This document shows, piece by piece, positions 52,060-64,000 of a stretch of 64,000 nucleotides of DNA. This DNA is from Hydrolagus colliei (Eukaryota). The position numbers were made by a program, and so were the translations under genes. The stretch spans positions 60,760,001 to 60,824,000 of the forward strand of contig CM068743.1 of the NCBI GenBank assembly GCA_035084275.1. The letters are read 5' to 3'. Position 1 is the first letter of the stretch. Every line of letters starts with the position of its first letter. The notes under the pieces were generated by a model. That model saw only the letters and a list, made by a program, of their open reading frames with translations, had not been told where the DNA came from and ran no database searches.

Positions 52060-52250
52060 AATAAATTGCTCATTTCAAACCACTGACTTTTTGTGGGACA
52101 CTGCTGTGTGCAATTGGCTGCCCATTTCACCCACAAATATGCAGTCAATTCACTTTTACAATATATTCTGTGAAGGCATTTTAAGACATCTGGAAGACAT
52201 GAGAAGTGCTATATCATATAAAGTACAGTACAAGGATTATTATCATTACT
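52060..52250 (+). mobile_element. tRNA-SINE 3' half
   Basis: GTGGGACACTGCTGTGTGCAATTGGCTGCC body. Confidence 0.85.
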
Positions 52251-53459
52251 ATTATGCATTGGTAGGCAAATGTGACAGCCAATGTCCCACAAACAGCCAT
52301 GGTGTGAGTGATCAATTTATAGTGGCCAATTGTATCCTTATGGTCCACCTGAACCAATGGATGGGACCTCTTTTTAACAGCAGTTGAAGAACAACACCTT
52401 CAACAATGCAGCCCACTCCAGCATTATATTGAAGTGATGGGATAATATACAATATATATACACTTGATTTATATATAAATGTGTATTATTCCGCTTCATA
52501 TGATGAAATATTTTAAACATTCTTGATAATTTGGAATCTCAGTGAATTAGAGTGCTGCTTTATATCGGCCAGTATAAAGATCATTAGGTTAGATACTGTA
52601 TGTTGCTAGATGTTTGATAACATATAGTACTTAAGAAAATTAGATTTTCAAACATTCATGCGTGAGAGCGACAAGGTGAATTTCAATGTGTATTCCACAA
52701 GGTTACGATTTATTTTATTCAGTGCCCATGTTCCACAGAGATTCAATTTGAATCATTGTACACTCTATGTATGGATTTATATTTCCCAAGGCAATCATGC
52801 CTGTTCTAATTTGTCATTGTTGAACAGTGTTTACAATTAGCCTGAGCACCTTCGATTTAAGAGGGCAGTGGGTCCTGCTCCTGATAACTAGAGACCTTTG
52901 TATGGACATTGGATAAGAACAGGGTCAAACATAGTTGTGTTTTCTTGCCCATTTGAATAATTAAATGCATCGAGACTCTACCCCATGTGAAGGGCACTAC
53001 ATAAATGCAAGTTGGCATTGCTGTTATTGAATGTTAAGGCTCACGTATGAAAAATGAAATCTTGGGCAAAGCACCATAGCACAATCATCACCAGTGATTT
53101 GTACCTCAATAGAGATGGGGAGAAATGGTGAGGAATGGATATTATCATCCAGGGGAGGAATGAATATATATCTATAACATCTTTTAAAAAGTACAGTAAA
53201 AAGAATCTGAGGCTGCCACCAATTGTTGTTTTGGGATGAGCTTTCTGTGTATCCTTAACTCTCCCCAGATCAACAAGGTGCTTGTTAATAAACTAACAAG
53301 ATTTAAGAGCAGTTGTCAGAGCGTTCCTGTTCACTTGCAAAGCAGCAAATACTGTGTGAATGATACAGAGATTTATTCAATAAAGATATAAATAACACCA
53401 ACAGCTTGCCTCTATGTAGTGCCCCTCATGAGCATACTGTCTCAGATCATCCAGCTATG

Positions 53460-53830
53460 AATATGCATTTCATATACTGCCTTTCACATCAGGAGGATGT
53501 CTCAAAATGCTTCACAGCAATCACTGTAAAGTTTATTGACAGTACTTGTAGGTGAGCCTAGCAGGCAATTTACACACAGCAAAGTCCCACAAAAAGTTGT
53601 CAAGTGAATGACCAATTTTATCTTGGGATTGTTGACATCTAACTGAACAGACAAATGGAACCTAGGTTTAACGTCTCATGTGAAGGATGGCACCTCCGAC
53701 AACTTAGCACACCCCAGCACAGTATTGGAGCGGCAACTTAGACTATATGAATTCCAAGCTCCAACATGGGGCTTAAACCCACAAACTTCTGACTCAGAGA
53801 CAGGGGTGCTACAATCTGAAGCAGACTGAC
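53460..53830 (-). mobile_element. Deu-domain SINE
   Basis: GGTTTAACGTCTCATGTGAAGGATGGCACCTCCGACA...CTTCTGACTCAGAG, the best-preserved copy in the window. Confidence 0.8.
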
Positions 53831-54179
53831 ACCGAAACAACAGACACAAGTACAATATTTGATTACCAAACATGATAGCAACCGACTAGGAAAATGTATA
53901 CACATTTAAAATATATAATTTAAAAGAATTACAGTTTCACATAAAGCTGTTTTATTTAACCTCTGGAATGGTTCTATGGCCAACTGAGTACAGTACTGTA
54001 TCTCCCTGCCAGCCAGGAATGCTGTGCAATCTGGACTTAATATCAAATCTCCCTCTCAAATGTCCTTTAGTCAACTACTTCTCTTTAGAAAACACTGTTC
54101 TTTAAGTAAACCAAATCTCTCTCTGATGTTTATTCCTTTTGGAATTCTAATATGACTTCTGAGCAGGTCAGATTGTCAA

Positions 54180-54640
54180 AGTAAAAATCCTTTGAAGGAG
54201 GATTTCAGAAACTCTCCAATTGTAAAATCAGAAGATCTCGTCAGATTTAATAGGTTAATGAGAGGGAAATTACATACCATTGGATTGGATAACGTCAAAC
54301 CCATCTTCAAAAAAGGGGATAAGGCTAAACCAGTTACATGGATATCTGTAATGTAATGCAACACACAATCAAAGACTCCATTATCAATTTTGTTGATAAG
54401 GAAAACATACTTAGAAAAGTCAACTTGGTTTTCAGAAGGAAAGATCCTGTTTGAAATACTTAACAGAATTTTCCATTTTTTGTTTTGTAACAAAAATGGT
54501 TGATGCAGTACATGCAGTAAATGTACTGTAGGTAGATTTTCAAAAATGTTTAACAAGGCACCATTCCAAAGACATAAAGCTGAATTCGGGATACAGTATA
54601 TGGGATCATAGGGAAGACAAATGGATAGAGAAGTTGTTAA
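54180..54640 (+). mobile_element. Old CR1 RT fragment
   Basis: NVKPIFKKGDKAKP and DFQKMFNK remnants. Confidence 0.7.
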
Positions 54641-55036
54641 GCCCCCGTGTGTCTCTATCTCTGTGTAAGTCCATCAGACAGCCGCCCCCAGCCCCCCATG
54701 TCACCCCCACCCTCCGTCTCTCTCTCTCTCTGTAAGTCAGACAGCCTGACTATCTGATTGCTGCAGATCCTGGCAGTCAACGCGCCCAAACTTACTCCCC
54801 CTATCCCCATGTATGTTATAACTGTATGTGTTTTTTGTGTTTAGTTTTACTAAACGCGAACTTACTCCCCGTATCCCCATGTTTCCCATAGGGCCCTACA
54901 TTTCCCAACTGTGAAAAAGAGCACGTACTCCCCCTATTCCCATGTTTTCCATAGGGCTCTACATTTTCCAACCGCGATATTACCAACCGTGAAGGTTTAC
55001 AGGAACGTATCCCTCGCGGTTGGGGAGGGATACCTG
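54641..55036. mobile_element. Tigger/pogo-like non-autonomous DNA transposon, one end
   Basis: Ends CAGGAACGTATCCCTCGCGGTTGGGGAGGGATACCTG|TA and is homologous to 58660-58773. Contains three AACTTACTCCCCC-type subrepeats. Confidence 0.75.
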
Positions 55037-55239
55037 TACGTGTTTCCGATCAGAATGAATACAAAAACTGGAGTTAGGTTCTTTGGGACATTTTCCGGCA
55101 AAGTTTTCTTTTAAAAAAAATCATCATACTCGCTTCCTGACTGCCTGCCCGGCTCGCTACAGGTCTTACTCACTGCCAGCTGGCTCTCTCTCTCGCTGCT
55201 GGTCTGGCTCGCTCCCAGGTCCTAGCACCATCGTGCACC

Positions 55240-55365
55240 CTTTTCACCCATTGCGAACGACGCAATAACGAACATCGCGATGTTAAATGAATATACGTTC
55301 CCAATGTATCAACAACTTAGTAACAAGAAACTTTACCTGAGGTGATGTTAAGCGGGGTCTACCTG
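55240..55365. mobile_element. Second Tigger-like transposon end
   Basis: CpG-rich, ending GATGTTAAGCGGGGTCTACCTG|TA. Confidence 0.55.
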
Positions 55366-56199
55366 TATTCACATTAGATAGATGTGGTAAATGGTGCCAC
55401 AATCTTCTGGTGTGTAATTTCCCTCCATTGACCTATGAAATATGGTTGGTGGAGAATAAAGAATAAAGAAGGGTTTAGGGAAAAGACCTGGATGTGGGAC
55501 TAGAGGTAGAATTTAGGATGGACACATGCATGAAGTATAAGCACCAGCTGAACTCAATGGCAAAAATGGCTTGTTTCTGAGCTGTACTTTATCTAAACCC
55601 AACCCCCATCCCCCTGCTTGGGCCATCATTGACCGTCCAGAGTCTTGCTGCATCCTCCCAATGTGAAAGGTGCTGTTCAGATGTAATTTTGTATTTGTAT
55701 ACTGTATTAGAAATGTTTACAACTCCTTCCACGATCGACCAAAACTGTGACAGGATAATCAGGATTCCAACCCAGAAAGTGTTTATAAGAAGATTCCTTG
55801 CATCTGATGCCATGTCTTTCATGCCAGGAGAATGTTTCAAAGTGCTTCACAGGATTTACTACAAAGTATAGTAACAATACATTTGTAGGCATGTATGATG
55901 GTCAATTTGTGTACAGAATTGTTGACAGGACTAAGAGAAAAACATCCCTTCTATTTTCAAGTAGAGCCATGGGATCTTTAATATCCACCTTGAATAGGCA
56001 AGTAGTTAATATCTTTGAGATGTCTCAAAGCACTTCACAGAACATACTGTAAATATACAGTAAATAATATATCAATATTCTGTAAAGTGAATTGGCAGCT
56101 CATCCAGAACTCTGCTGCCTGCATACTGACCCAGACCAAACTCTACACCCAAATCTTATTTCTGGCCATGCTACCCTGCATGGAGGGCACTGTATAACT

Positions 56200-56480
56200 A
56201 CAGGTTGTTGTATATTTTGTGGGCGAAACGCATTGGTCAATTGAGCAGAGCAGTATCCCACAAACTGTCGATTAAATGACCAATTTATCATTTTTGTTAA
56301 AGGAATTATTACCCCCTGAAAAACATTCTACCAATCGACTAACAAACAGTTGCTACTTACTGCTAGGTAGACAGAGGCATGTGAAGTAAAGAAACTTGCC
56401 CAACATTTCACCCTGCCGGGAATTGAAACCAGGTTTCTCACTTGCGAGGCGAGTGTTCTAACCTCCGAGCTGTCGGACTA
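56200..56480 (-). mobile_element. tRNA-SINE long variant
   Basis: Head plus the CTCTGTCTACCTAGCAGTAAGTAG...TTAGTCGATTGG segment. Confidence 0.88.
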
Positions 56481-56646
56481 GATAATCAGATAATTTTTTT
56501 TCTAGCAAAATGTGCAGATATTTTGAGGTGATTTTCCAACTTTGTTTCATACTGCATTTGTCAGTAAATGTATAAGCTTGTCCCTACCTAACTGTACAGC
56601 GCCTTGGGACGACCTCTCGACGTGAAAGGCGCTATATAAATGTAAG

Positions 56647-56679
56647 GATTGATTGATTGATTGATTGATCGATTGATTG
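56647..56679. repeat. (GATT)n microsatellite at an L2-type tail
   Basis: Read directly; it follows AGCGCCTTGGGACG...AAAGGCGCTATATAAATG. Confidence 0.9.
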
Positions 56680-57702
56680 AAGCTCACACCACCAGACCTG
56701 TTATCTTCATAGGAATCATGCTGTGAACAGATCAATATTTTCTCTTTTGGTCACAGGAAATTTCCACAAATATTTTTTGCATCAAATTACATTACCAGTA
56801 CACCGCAAATTTAGACTAGATGGCGTCAGAGAAAATAATAGCTGAGACATTCCCATACAAGGACATTGAGCACCCTCTGCTGGTCTAACTCAAATATACA
56901 TTGTGAAGAAGATGACATAACAGTGAGTGTCAACCCCAACATGTTGTATCATAAAGTGGTAGGACCTGAGTTCATATCAACAGTGTTTGACAACTGTATC
57001 TGAGACACTTCATAATTGAGACTTCTCCAATTAGGGAAGAGAATGATTTAAGGAAGAAGTTACTCAGTTTGCACTTTCTCTGGTGATGGGTTTCAGAGTA
57101 ACAACAAGAATAAGAATTACATTTGTTTCATGCTCTTTGTGCATGGTAACACCTCTGGGAGCTTCACATTGGTGGGTTGGACAACTAGCAAGGGGAGTGG
57201 GTGGTGTCCATAAAGGCGGTCTTAGAAATAGATTTTAATGTGGGATTATAAGATTAAAAGAGGGGAGGCGAGGTGGAGCGATTGAGGCAAGGAGTTCCAG
57301 AAGTTCAGTGGATAGCAACTGAAGGCTCAGCTACTGAGAGTGGTCAGAAGGAGATATGGGAGATATGCAGCAGGTGTGTGTTCTATGAGCGAAGCAGAGG
57401 AGCAACTAGAGCAGTCTTGAAGCAAGCTGATTTAGTTCTTGGCGGGTGTCATCTATCAAATGAACTGGTATAGAAAGGGAAGAGATAGAATGAGAGGAAG
57501 TATGAACTCACAGACATAGACACACAGACGTTCTGTATGTGAAACAGATATTACGTTATAAATATTGTAAGTTTTATAATTAGAAATTTCAGAAAGCATG
57601 GAAAAAGCTATTTAGCAATTAGCCCACATTATATCAGATGTGAGACAGAAGGGAGATTCAGGAAGTCCTACAACTTAATGGGCTTTCTAAATTTCATTCT
57701 GG

Positions 57703-57985
57703 TGGAGCCTTATCGCATACCAGTTATCGTGCTAGCCTCTCAAGCGAGAGGACCCGGGTTCAATCCACAAGTAGGTGACACCTTAGTTTCCTTACTACGC
57801 ATGCCTCTGTTTACCTAGCTGTAAGTAAGAAACAAGGGATAATTCATCCTCCCCAAAAATAGGTCACTCAATCCATGATTGTTTGCCACATTCCGTTCAC
57901 AAAATATTACATTCAGCTATATATTCTATGAAGTGCTTGGAGATGTCTCAACAACATGATAAGGCTCTGTATCAAACGCAAGGAT
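57703..57985 (+). mobile_element. tRNA-SINE long variant, degenerate
   Basis: ATGCCTCTGTTTACCTAGCTGTAAGTAAG segment. Confidence 0.75.
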
Positions 57986-58290
57986 GAAATACAAAATACA
58001 AAACCTACCCTATGATGAACATCTATCTACACAGGAAAACAATCTATAATAATAATCCTTGCATTTAATATTGCTGTTTTCACATCTTCTAGACGACTCA
58101 AAGTGCCTCACAGAATATAGTGTAAGGTGAATTGACTGTGTATTTGTGCGTGAAACACAGCAGCAAATTGCACACAGCAGTGTCACACAAACAGGCTGCA
58201 GAAATAATATCTCATTGAATGTAAAAACTTGGAGGGCATAGAGGGCGCCATATAAATTGAAGTTGGTCAATCCTGCATTCATTTCTAATA

Positions 58291-58773
58291 CAGGTACCTC
58301 GCCCCAACCGCGGTCTTTTCAATCGCGGATTTCACGTATCCACGGTTTCCTCTCTGTGACAACCTTTGCCAAATGCAGCAGTGAATTGTGTGTATCCAAG
58401 GGTTTTAACATTAACATTAGCTTTTGGCGCTAGGACCCAGTTGCATCAACCAACCACGATGTCACTTCGCGCTAGCGTTTGGCGCTGGAACCCAGTTGCA
58501 ATGTCGCAATCAACCAGCCACTATGTCACTTCTGTTACAGGATTAAGGTAAATAACATGAATTTATTGTTTTTTATATTCTTTTTTATTGTGTTATTTGA
58601 ACATTTATTGTTTTTGTTAGGTTATTGTGGTTTTTCTTGTGTTTAGTAAAAGAACAAGCAACTTACTCCCCCTAACCCCATGTTTTCCATAAGGTCTTGT
58701 ATTTGCCAACCGCAGGTTTACTAACCACAGGGGGTTTCAGGAACGTATCCCCCGCAGTTGTGGAGGGATACTG
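58291..58773. mobile_element. Tigger/pogo-like MITE
   Basis: Imperfect TIRs CAGGTACCTCGCCCCAACCGCGG and (revcomp) CAGTATCCCTCCACAACTGCGG, with TA on the left flank. Confidence 0.8.
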
Positions 58774-59159
58774 TGAATCCCTTGAAGTTTAATTATTTAT
58801 CATTTAAGATTTCAGACACCAAGATAACAAGTAAGGTAACAGATTCAGGTGGTCATTCAATAACCAATTTTCTCAAAGAAACTTTTTATATAGTATTGCG
58901 ATGTTTATGAACAGAAAGATAAAATGAGCAATCTGGGAAAAAAATGACCCATTCTTCAGTGCCTCATCTCCTTATCCCCCAGCCTGCATACAAGTTTACG
59001 ATACACATGTCATCACATCACCACACTTATTGGTTATTCTTTTGAGTAACACAATCTGGAGCTGAACATAATTTGGTTAGTCTACATATCTTACAGTTCT
59101 TTAGGACTTCTCAAAGGTAGACGAAAAAGCTGAACTTCAAACTTGTCACTTTCAGAGCC

Positions 59160-59352
59160 TCGTCCTCCTGTCAAGACCTTCCTCTTCGACCGCGCCTTCA
59201 GCTCCCCCACAAACTCTTCCCCCTCTCCTTCCCCCAACCCCGACCCTCCCGCCCCCCCATGCTCGGGTCCCGACCTGACTGTTCAGCGCTTTGGGACGTC
59301 CTCCCGACATGAAAGGCGTTATATAAGTGCAATTTTGCTGTTATTGTTGTTG
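59160..59352 (+). mobile_element. L2 3' end
   Basis: KTFLFDRAF C-terminus and tail. Confidence 0.9.
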
Positions 59353-59984
59353 CCATCAAAGTATCTCAAATTTCAAAGTCTGTACTCAGCATACAGCAGT
59401 GATTTTGTTTTATTGTGTCCATTGGTGTGGTTTGCTAACAGTAACCATTGGTGTAGAATGCTCTCAATATATCAGCTGTTGCATTTTTATCCATCTTCTT
59501 TAGGATTACATAACAAGTTAGCAAGTATATGCACATGACTCATGTGTCCTGTGCCATGCATTATTATATATTATCCACTATTACCAAATCAGAATACACA
59601 TCTTTTCCATTGACAAATGCAGGAAATTATACTGTTAATTCCTGTAAATACACAATAGTGTTTCTGTCTAAATCTGCTAAGGAAATACTCGATATTCTAA
59701 CATCTTATAGTCTTTATAGCTCATTGGTCCTTATAGCTCAATGGCTAGAGCACTCACCTATTATTTTACAAGGTGAGTTGCGCTTATGAAAATGGCAAAT
59801 TCTATCTTAATAAAGGGTGGAATGCAGTAAATAAATGAACAAACACACAGATGGACAGACAAACATACGGATGAATGAATGAGTGAATGAAAGAATGAAT
59901 AAGCAAAATAAACCTCCACCAATGTTCTCATCAGTGAGCCATACAAGATGCAAATAACCTCATACATATACAGTGCTAGTTTGC

Positions 59985-60247
59985 TATAGCTCTTTTCACA
60001 TCTTTTAGACATCTCAAAGCACTTCACAGAACATACTGTAAGTGAATTGACTATATATTTGGGAGAAACACAACAGCCAATTGCGCACACCAGTGTCCCA
60101 CAAACAATTGTGGATTGAAATGACCAATTTTTTTTGAGGGATTAATATAGGCATATGGAGTAAGGAAACTTGCCCAAGGTTTCATCCTGCCTGGAATTGA
60201 ACCCAGGTCTCTCGCTTTCAAGGCAAGTACACTAACCACTGAGCTAA
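59985..60247 (-). mobile_element. tRNA-derived SINE
   Basis: Head and body match the other copies. Confidence 0.9.
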
Positions 60248-60249
60248 CC

Positions 60250-61250
60250 ATCATCTTGGAGGCTAAAAAAAACCAAAAGTCCTTTTTTCCACCACCCACC
60301 ACCTCCTCCGTGCGCCTCCTCAGGCCTCCTTGATCTTCACTTCAAATGCGAAGTGCGAGAAAGTCATGGACTTCTTCTCCTCCAAAATCCACAACATCCG
60401 CCAGGCAGCCTCATCCTCCTGCCTCTCGTCACCCACCACCACCACCCCATTCTGTCCCCCTCAACCTCTCCGTCATCAACTCCTACCACGACCCCCTTTC
60501 TACATTCCTTCTCCCCCGTCTCTCCTTCCTCCCTCTCATGCACCATCACCTCAATTAAGTCCACCACCTGCTGCTTCGACCCTCTTCCCACCAACTTACT
60601 GCTCACCCAGCTCCCCCTCCTCTGCCCACTGCTGGCTGACTTCATCAACCACTCCCACTCCACAGGATTAGTCCCTGCCCCCCTCAAAACTGCTACCGCT
60701 CGCATTTCTCCTGAATTTCTATTACATTTTATTCTACCTTTTTTTAACATTATTTTACGTTTTATTCCCAATTGAATTTTTTTTAGCCTTAACACATCAA
60801 CATCACCATGCACATTGAGCTCAATTATGGAGAAACTTACTGAATATTTACGGTCATTCACAGCCTTGCCCCTCCCCACATCTCTGACCTGCTGTCCCCC
60901 TATGAACCTTCCCGTCTCCTCCGTTCAGCGGGATCCGGCCTGTTCCATGTCCCCCGCCTTACCATTGGCAGACAGGCTTTCAACCTCTCTGCCCCCACAC
61001 TCTGGAACTCCATCCCACAGTCACTTCACCTCACTCCCTCACTTGGCTCCTTCAAGACCAGTCTCAAGACCCTCCTCTTCAATCATGCCTTCTGCTGCCC
61101 TCCCAACTCTCTCCCTCCCCTCCTAACTCTCTCCCGCCACTCCCCCCTACTCTGCCCCTCTCCCTTGCTCGGATCCCAACCTGACTGTTCAGTACCTTGG
61201 ATGTCCTCGCGACTTGAAAGTCGCTTTATAAGTGTAATTATGTTGTTGTA
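60250..61250 (+). mobile_element. L2 with a large internal deletion filled by a foreign ~140-bp segment
   Basis: Pre-RT motif STTCCFDPLPTNLL...LADFINHS..TGLVPAPLKTA runs to about 60700. The L2 C-terminus resumes at about 60853. Confidence 0.88.
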
Positions 61251-61291
61251 TTGCTTTCGCTCTCCCTCTCCATCTTCACATAATATACAGT

Positions 61292-61570
61292 AGTAATAAT
61301 AATCCTTGCGTTTGATATAGTGCTTTATCAGTCTTCGAGACATCTCAAAGCACTTCACAGAATATAATGTAAAGTGAAATAAAACTGGATGTCGCTGGGA
61401 AAACTCAGCAGGTCGGCCAACATCGATGGAGAGATGAAAGTGAGTTAAAATTTCATCAGAACTGAAAAGTGAATTGACTGTATATTTGGGGGGCAAAAAG
61501 CCACAGCCAATTGTGCACAGCAGTATCCCACAAACTATTAATTTAGATTGAGTAACCAAATTATTATTAT
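61292..61570 (-). mobile_element. tRNA-SINE 3' half interrupted by a Penelope-repeat fragment (61379-61465)
   Basis: AAAGTGAA is duplicated on both sides of the insert. Confidence 0.85.
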
Positions 61571-62519
61571 ATTTGGCTCCATGGAGCCTCGCTTCCTCTC
61601 TTGGCACGTCTCAAGACCCTCCTCTTCGACCACGTCTTCCATCCATCCCTCCTGATACCAACCCCCAATTCGGTTCTAAATCTCTGACTGTTCAGTGCCT
61701 TAGGATATTCTCTCGACTATACAAATGTAACTTATTGTTGTCGTTGTTATTTTTAAGAGGAGATCTCCTGGAGGTGTTCAAAATTCTGAAATATTTAGAG
61801 AAGGTGGTGAATAAAAGATTATTCTCCCTGGTTGGAAACCAGCATCAGGGAAAAATAAATTCACAATCATTGTTCTATCACCCAATCCAAGCAGCATCAT
61901 AGATTCAATTCGGCCTCCTTCCCTGCCGTCATGTCTAGGATTCCTGCTCTCAGTTATTGTTGATGTGATTCATGTGGCCACAAAATAATTGAAGCTTCAT
62001 TGGAAATTATATGATTTCAAAACATAGACTGAGTTCCGTTATTCAAGTAATTTCTACCATCAGGAATATATTCCAAGATTATTACTTGTATGGAAAAGCA
62101 TGCAAATAATTTGATTAGTATGTGGGATACTTCATCTCTTAGCTGAGATTTTTAACCGAGGTGGACTTTCAAGGTCTCATGGGACTCGTGGAAAAGAAAA
62201 GGGAGTTTCCACTGATATTCTGGCTAACAATCCCCCAAATAAAATTTGTTACTTGCTCCATGGCGTTTGTGGGACAGAGCTAAACTAAATGCAAGGATTA
62301 TTATTGATAATTATATTAATTATTATTGCTGTAGGCAAATGAGCTTTGCATTCACCAGCAAAACACTATAAGGTTCGCCAGAAAGAGACAGGTGTGTACA
62401 TTACAAATCTTTTAATATCATACACAAAGGTTAATGCTTTGACACATACAATTATTGGATCATTAAGTTACATTAAAACAGTAGGATTCAATGAAACCAA
62501 TATTAACCAAGTTTCAGGT

Positions 62520-62668
62520 CTCAGCTAAAGACCTTTCTCTATGACCACGCCTTTGGTTACCTTTCTCCCCTTGCCCCTGGCTCACCCCCGGGATCTGTTA
62601 TTGTGAAGTGCTCTGAGATGCTGTCCGGCATGGAGAGCGATATATAAATTGAAGTTGGTATTGTTGTA
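62520..62668 (+). mobile_element. Second L2-type 3' end family
   Basis: Homologous to 12495-12640. Confidence 0.75.
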
Positions 62669-63274
62669 GCTACAGAATTCACACAAGTGCTGCAACTTGG
62701 TAATTTACACTGATGTTAAATGAGAAGCATAGCACATTTTAGCTCATAGCAATATGCTGCACCTGACATTTATTTACATTAAAATTCATCATCTGTCATC
62801 CCACAGCCAGCCATATTTTATAACATCCCACGAAATTCTCTCTTCCAAGTAATTTATGAATTATGTAAGCAAAAGAGGAACCATAGAGAATCCTTGCATA
62901 ACAGTTCCCTGATGTATTGAAAAGACGCTATGGTGAGTATTCTTGAAGGATGAGACTAATGTGCCAATAGGTGTTCTTCACCCAAACCTCACTTATAATC
63001 TTGTGAAGAATAGAATACTGATCAATGTGCTTTTGCTATCATTCACTCATCTACCTTTAATATGGACCATTTAATGAAGATTTTGATCAGATCTTCCAAA
63101 GCATTTGTCCTGAATTTATATTACATATTATTCTACCTCTTTTAAACATCATTTTACATTTTATTCCCAATTAAATGTTTTTTAGCCTTAACACATCAAC
63201 ATCACCATGCACAGTGAGCTCAAATATGGAAAGACTCACAACTGTTTTTTGTAATTCTAACCCCAATTTAGCCC

Positions 63275-63425
63275 ATATATCCATTCCCTCTGTGGTTCAT
63301 TCCCTGGTTCATTCCTCCATCAGCACCAACAATTTTCTCAGCACTTTCCCATGCCAATGCAGGAGGTGCAATAACTGCCCTTTCACCTCCTCCCACAGTT
63401 TTTATGTGAGACAGCGATTTATATA
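63275..63425 (+). mobile_element. Penelope-like (Neptune-type) ORF fragment
   Basis: SLVHSSI...TFPCQCRRCNNCPFTSS..FYVRQRF resembles the Cys-rich linker preceding the GIY-YIG endonuclease. Confidence 0.75.
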
Positions 63426-63427
63426 TA

Positions 63428-63904
63428 CAGTAAAAGCACGTTTATCCGTGACCCGATCAACCGCAATGTCCTTATAACCAGTACCTCAAAGAAAAGGACC
63501 CTATTTGAATAATCGGATCTTATCTGGCACAATCGCGCATTTTTTTCCCTCATATCGGTATTTCGGAATGCTGCTGGTATTGCCTTAAAATGGTGCTGCC
63601 GTTTTTTCCCTCGCATCGCATCCGCCATTGTAGAAGTTATCGATAGACCTTACCCCTATACCCCAGCATCATGGCTTCAAACCAGGAATCTACCAGCAAA
63701 GGTGATTTTTAGGTGAATATTTAGGTGAATAACAAAGGTCTGTTATTATCTGTTATTATTTAGTCTATTATTATGGTATGTGTTAATATAAGTAATTTTT
63801 TTTTGTGTTGGTTTTTCGGTGTTGGATATTTGACCAAATATCCGGCATGCCGTTTAACCAACATTGGCAGGTCCCAAGGGTGCCGGATAAATGGGCTTTT
63901 ACTG
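63428..63904. mobile_element. Tc1/mariner (Tigger-like) MITE, 477 bp, both ends intact
   Basis: TIRs CAGTAAAAGCACGTTTATCCG and CAGTAAAAGCCCATTTATCCG (19/21 identical), with TA on both sides. Confidence 0.92.
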
Positions 63905-63909
63905 TACTA

Positions 63910-64000
63910 TAGTGTCCGACGATATGGAATTTTTCCGATATCGATATATTGGTGGGCTCATATCGAGATATACCGATATAATGATATCACCAGGTTTTTA
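63910..64000. mobile_element. Probable hAT-type non-autonomous transposon end, cut by the window edge
   Basis: Begins TAGTGTCCGACGATATG, followed by repeated CGATAT/ATATCG subterminal motifs. Confidence 0.5.

Noticed and set aside
54785-54960. Three spaced ~25-bp repeats, superficially CRISPR-like
   Set aside because: They are subrepeats of a Tigger-like element also seen at 58660, with irregular spacing, in a eukaryotic context.

Overview
Vertebrate, repeat-rich genomic DNA. The repeat complement (Deu-domain SINEs, Penelope terminal repeats, CR1 and L2 LINEs) suggests a cartilaginous fish, possibly a chimaera; this is an inference. The minus strand carries the 5' part of a RAPGEF5-family Rap guanine nucleotide exchange factor gene. 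I assembled seven phase-compatible GT-AG coding exons (35760-35587, 25160-25107, 24551-24445, 22124-22003, 17888-17720, 2859-2775, 897-849; 760 nt, 253 codons plus 1 nt). They encode the N-terminus and DEP domain, and the gene continues off the left edge. From about 36 kb to 64 kb I find no host exon. The rest is decayed CR1, L2, tRNA-derived SINEs, Deu-SINEs, Tigger-like MITEs and Penelope relics. Nearly all listed ORFs are retroelement debris or noise. I see no evidence for a new multi-gene system. The most interesting signals are a divergent RAPGEF5-like paralog question, a candidate 15-nt microexon, several templated-insertion or fold-back scars, decayed hammerhead-ribozyme cores in Penelope repeats, and a covarying 3' stem-loop shared by LINE and SINE families.
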